A DNA stretch of 64,000 bases from Malacoraja senta (taxonomy: Eukaryota). The notes beneath the pieces were generated by a model that saw only the letters and a list, made by a program, of their open reading frames with translations, did no database searches and had not been told where the DNA came from. The stretch is taken from the NCBI GenBank assembly GCA_038087875.1, contig CM075989.1:2356001-2420000 (forward strand), given 5' to 3'. Below are positions 63,718 to 64,000 of the stretch, in pieces (position 1 is the stretch's first letter; each line of letters opens with the position of its first letter). Both the position numbers and the translations under genes were made by a program.

Positions 63718-64000
63718 TAATTCCAGTTCTTTGCGTCTATCTTCGGTATGAACCAGCACAAGTTCCTTCCTACGGACGGGAGTTGAGATGTCATGTTGAA
63801 GTTGCAATAAATAATTGGTCAGGCTGCACGTGGAGTATTTTATACAGAAGACAGACACTAACTGCTGGAGTAACTCAGCGGGTCAGGCAGCATCTCTGGG
63901 GAGAAGGAACAGGTGACGTTTGAGGTCGAGACCCTTCTTCAGACTGCCACACTACAAGACAGATGTGATAGCATTAGAAACAGTGCAGAAGAGATCCACC

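Overview
Eukaryotic, repeat-dominated vertebrate DNA, most likely intronic or intergenic sequence from a cartilaginous fish such as a skate or ray. That assignment is inferred from abundant HE1/V-SINE-like tRNA-derived SINEs whose tails match CR1 (HER1-like) LINE 3' ends. There are no prokaryotic features. The window is a mosaic of 5'-truncated CR1, Rex1/Babar and RTE LINE fragments, Penelope-like elements (one near-intact GIY-YIG ORF at 3282-4140), four PIF/Harbinger-type MITEs, SINEs, micro/minisatellites and one 200-N gap. Almost all long ORFs are TE-derived. Highlights: (1) roughly 35-40 (counted by eye) Penelope pseudo-LTR copies carry a minimal hammerhead-ribozyme core with covarying stem II; (2) several of these are ORF-less inverted dimers with their own 14-18 bp TSDs; (3) one contains a locally templated inverted copy of its host; (4) a four-level nested insertion can be resolved by TSDs; (5) phase-compatible candidate exons of an unidentified minus-strand gene (16641-16981 to 2907-3016) may be interleaved with plus-strand exon candidates. 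No host gene could be named. Repeat boundaries are approximate unless TSDs are quoted.
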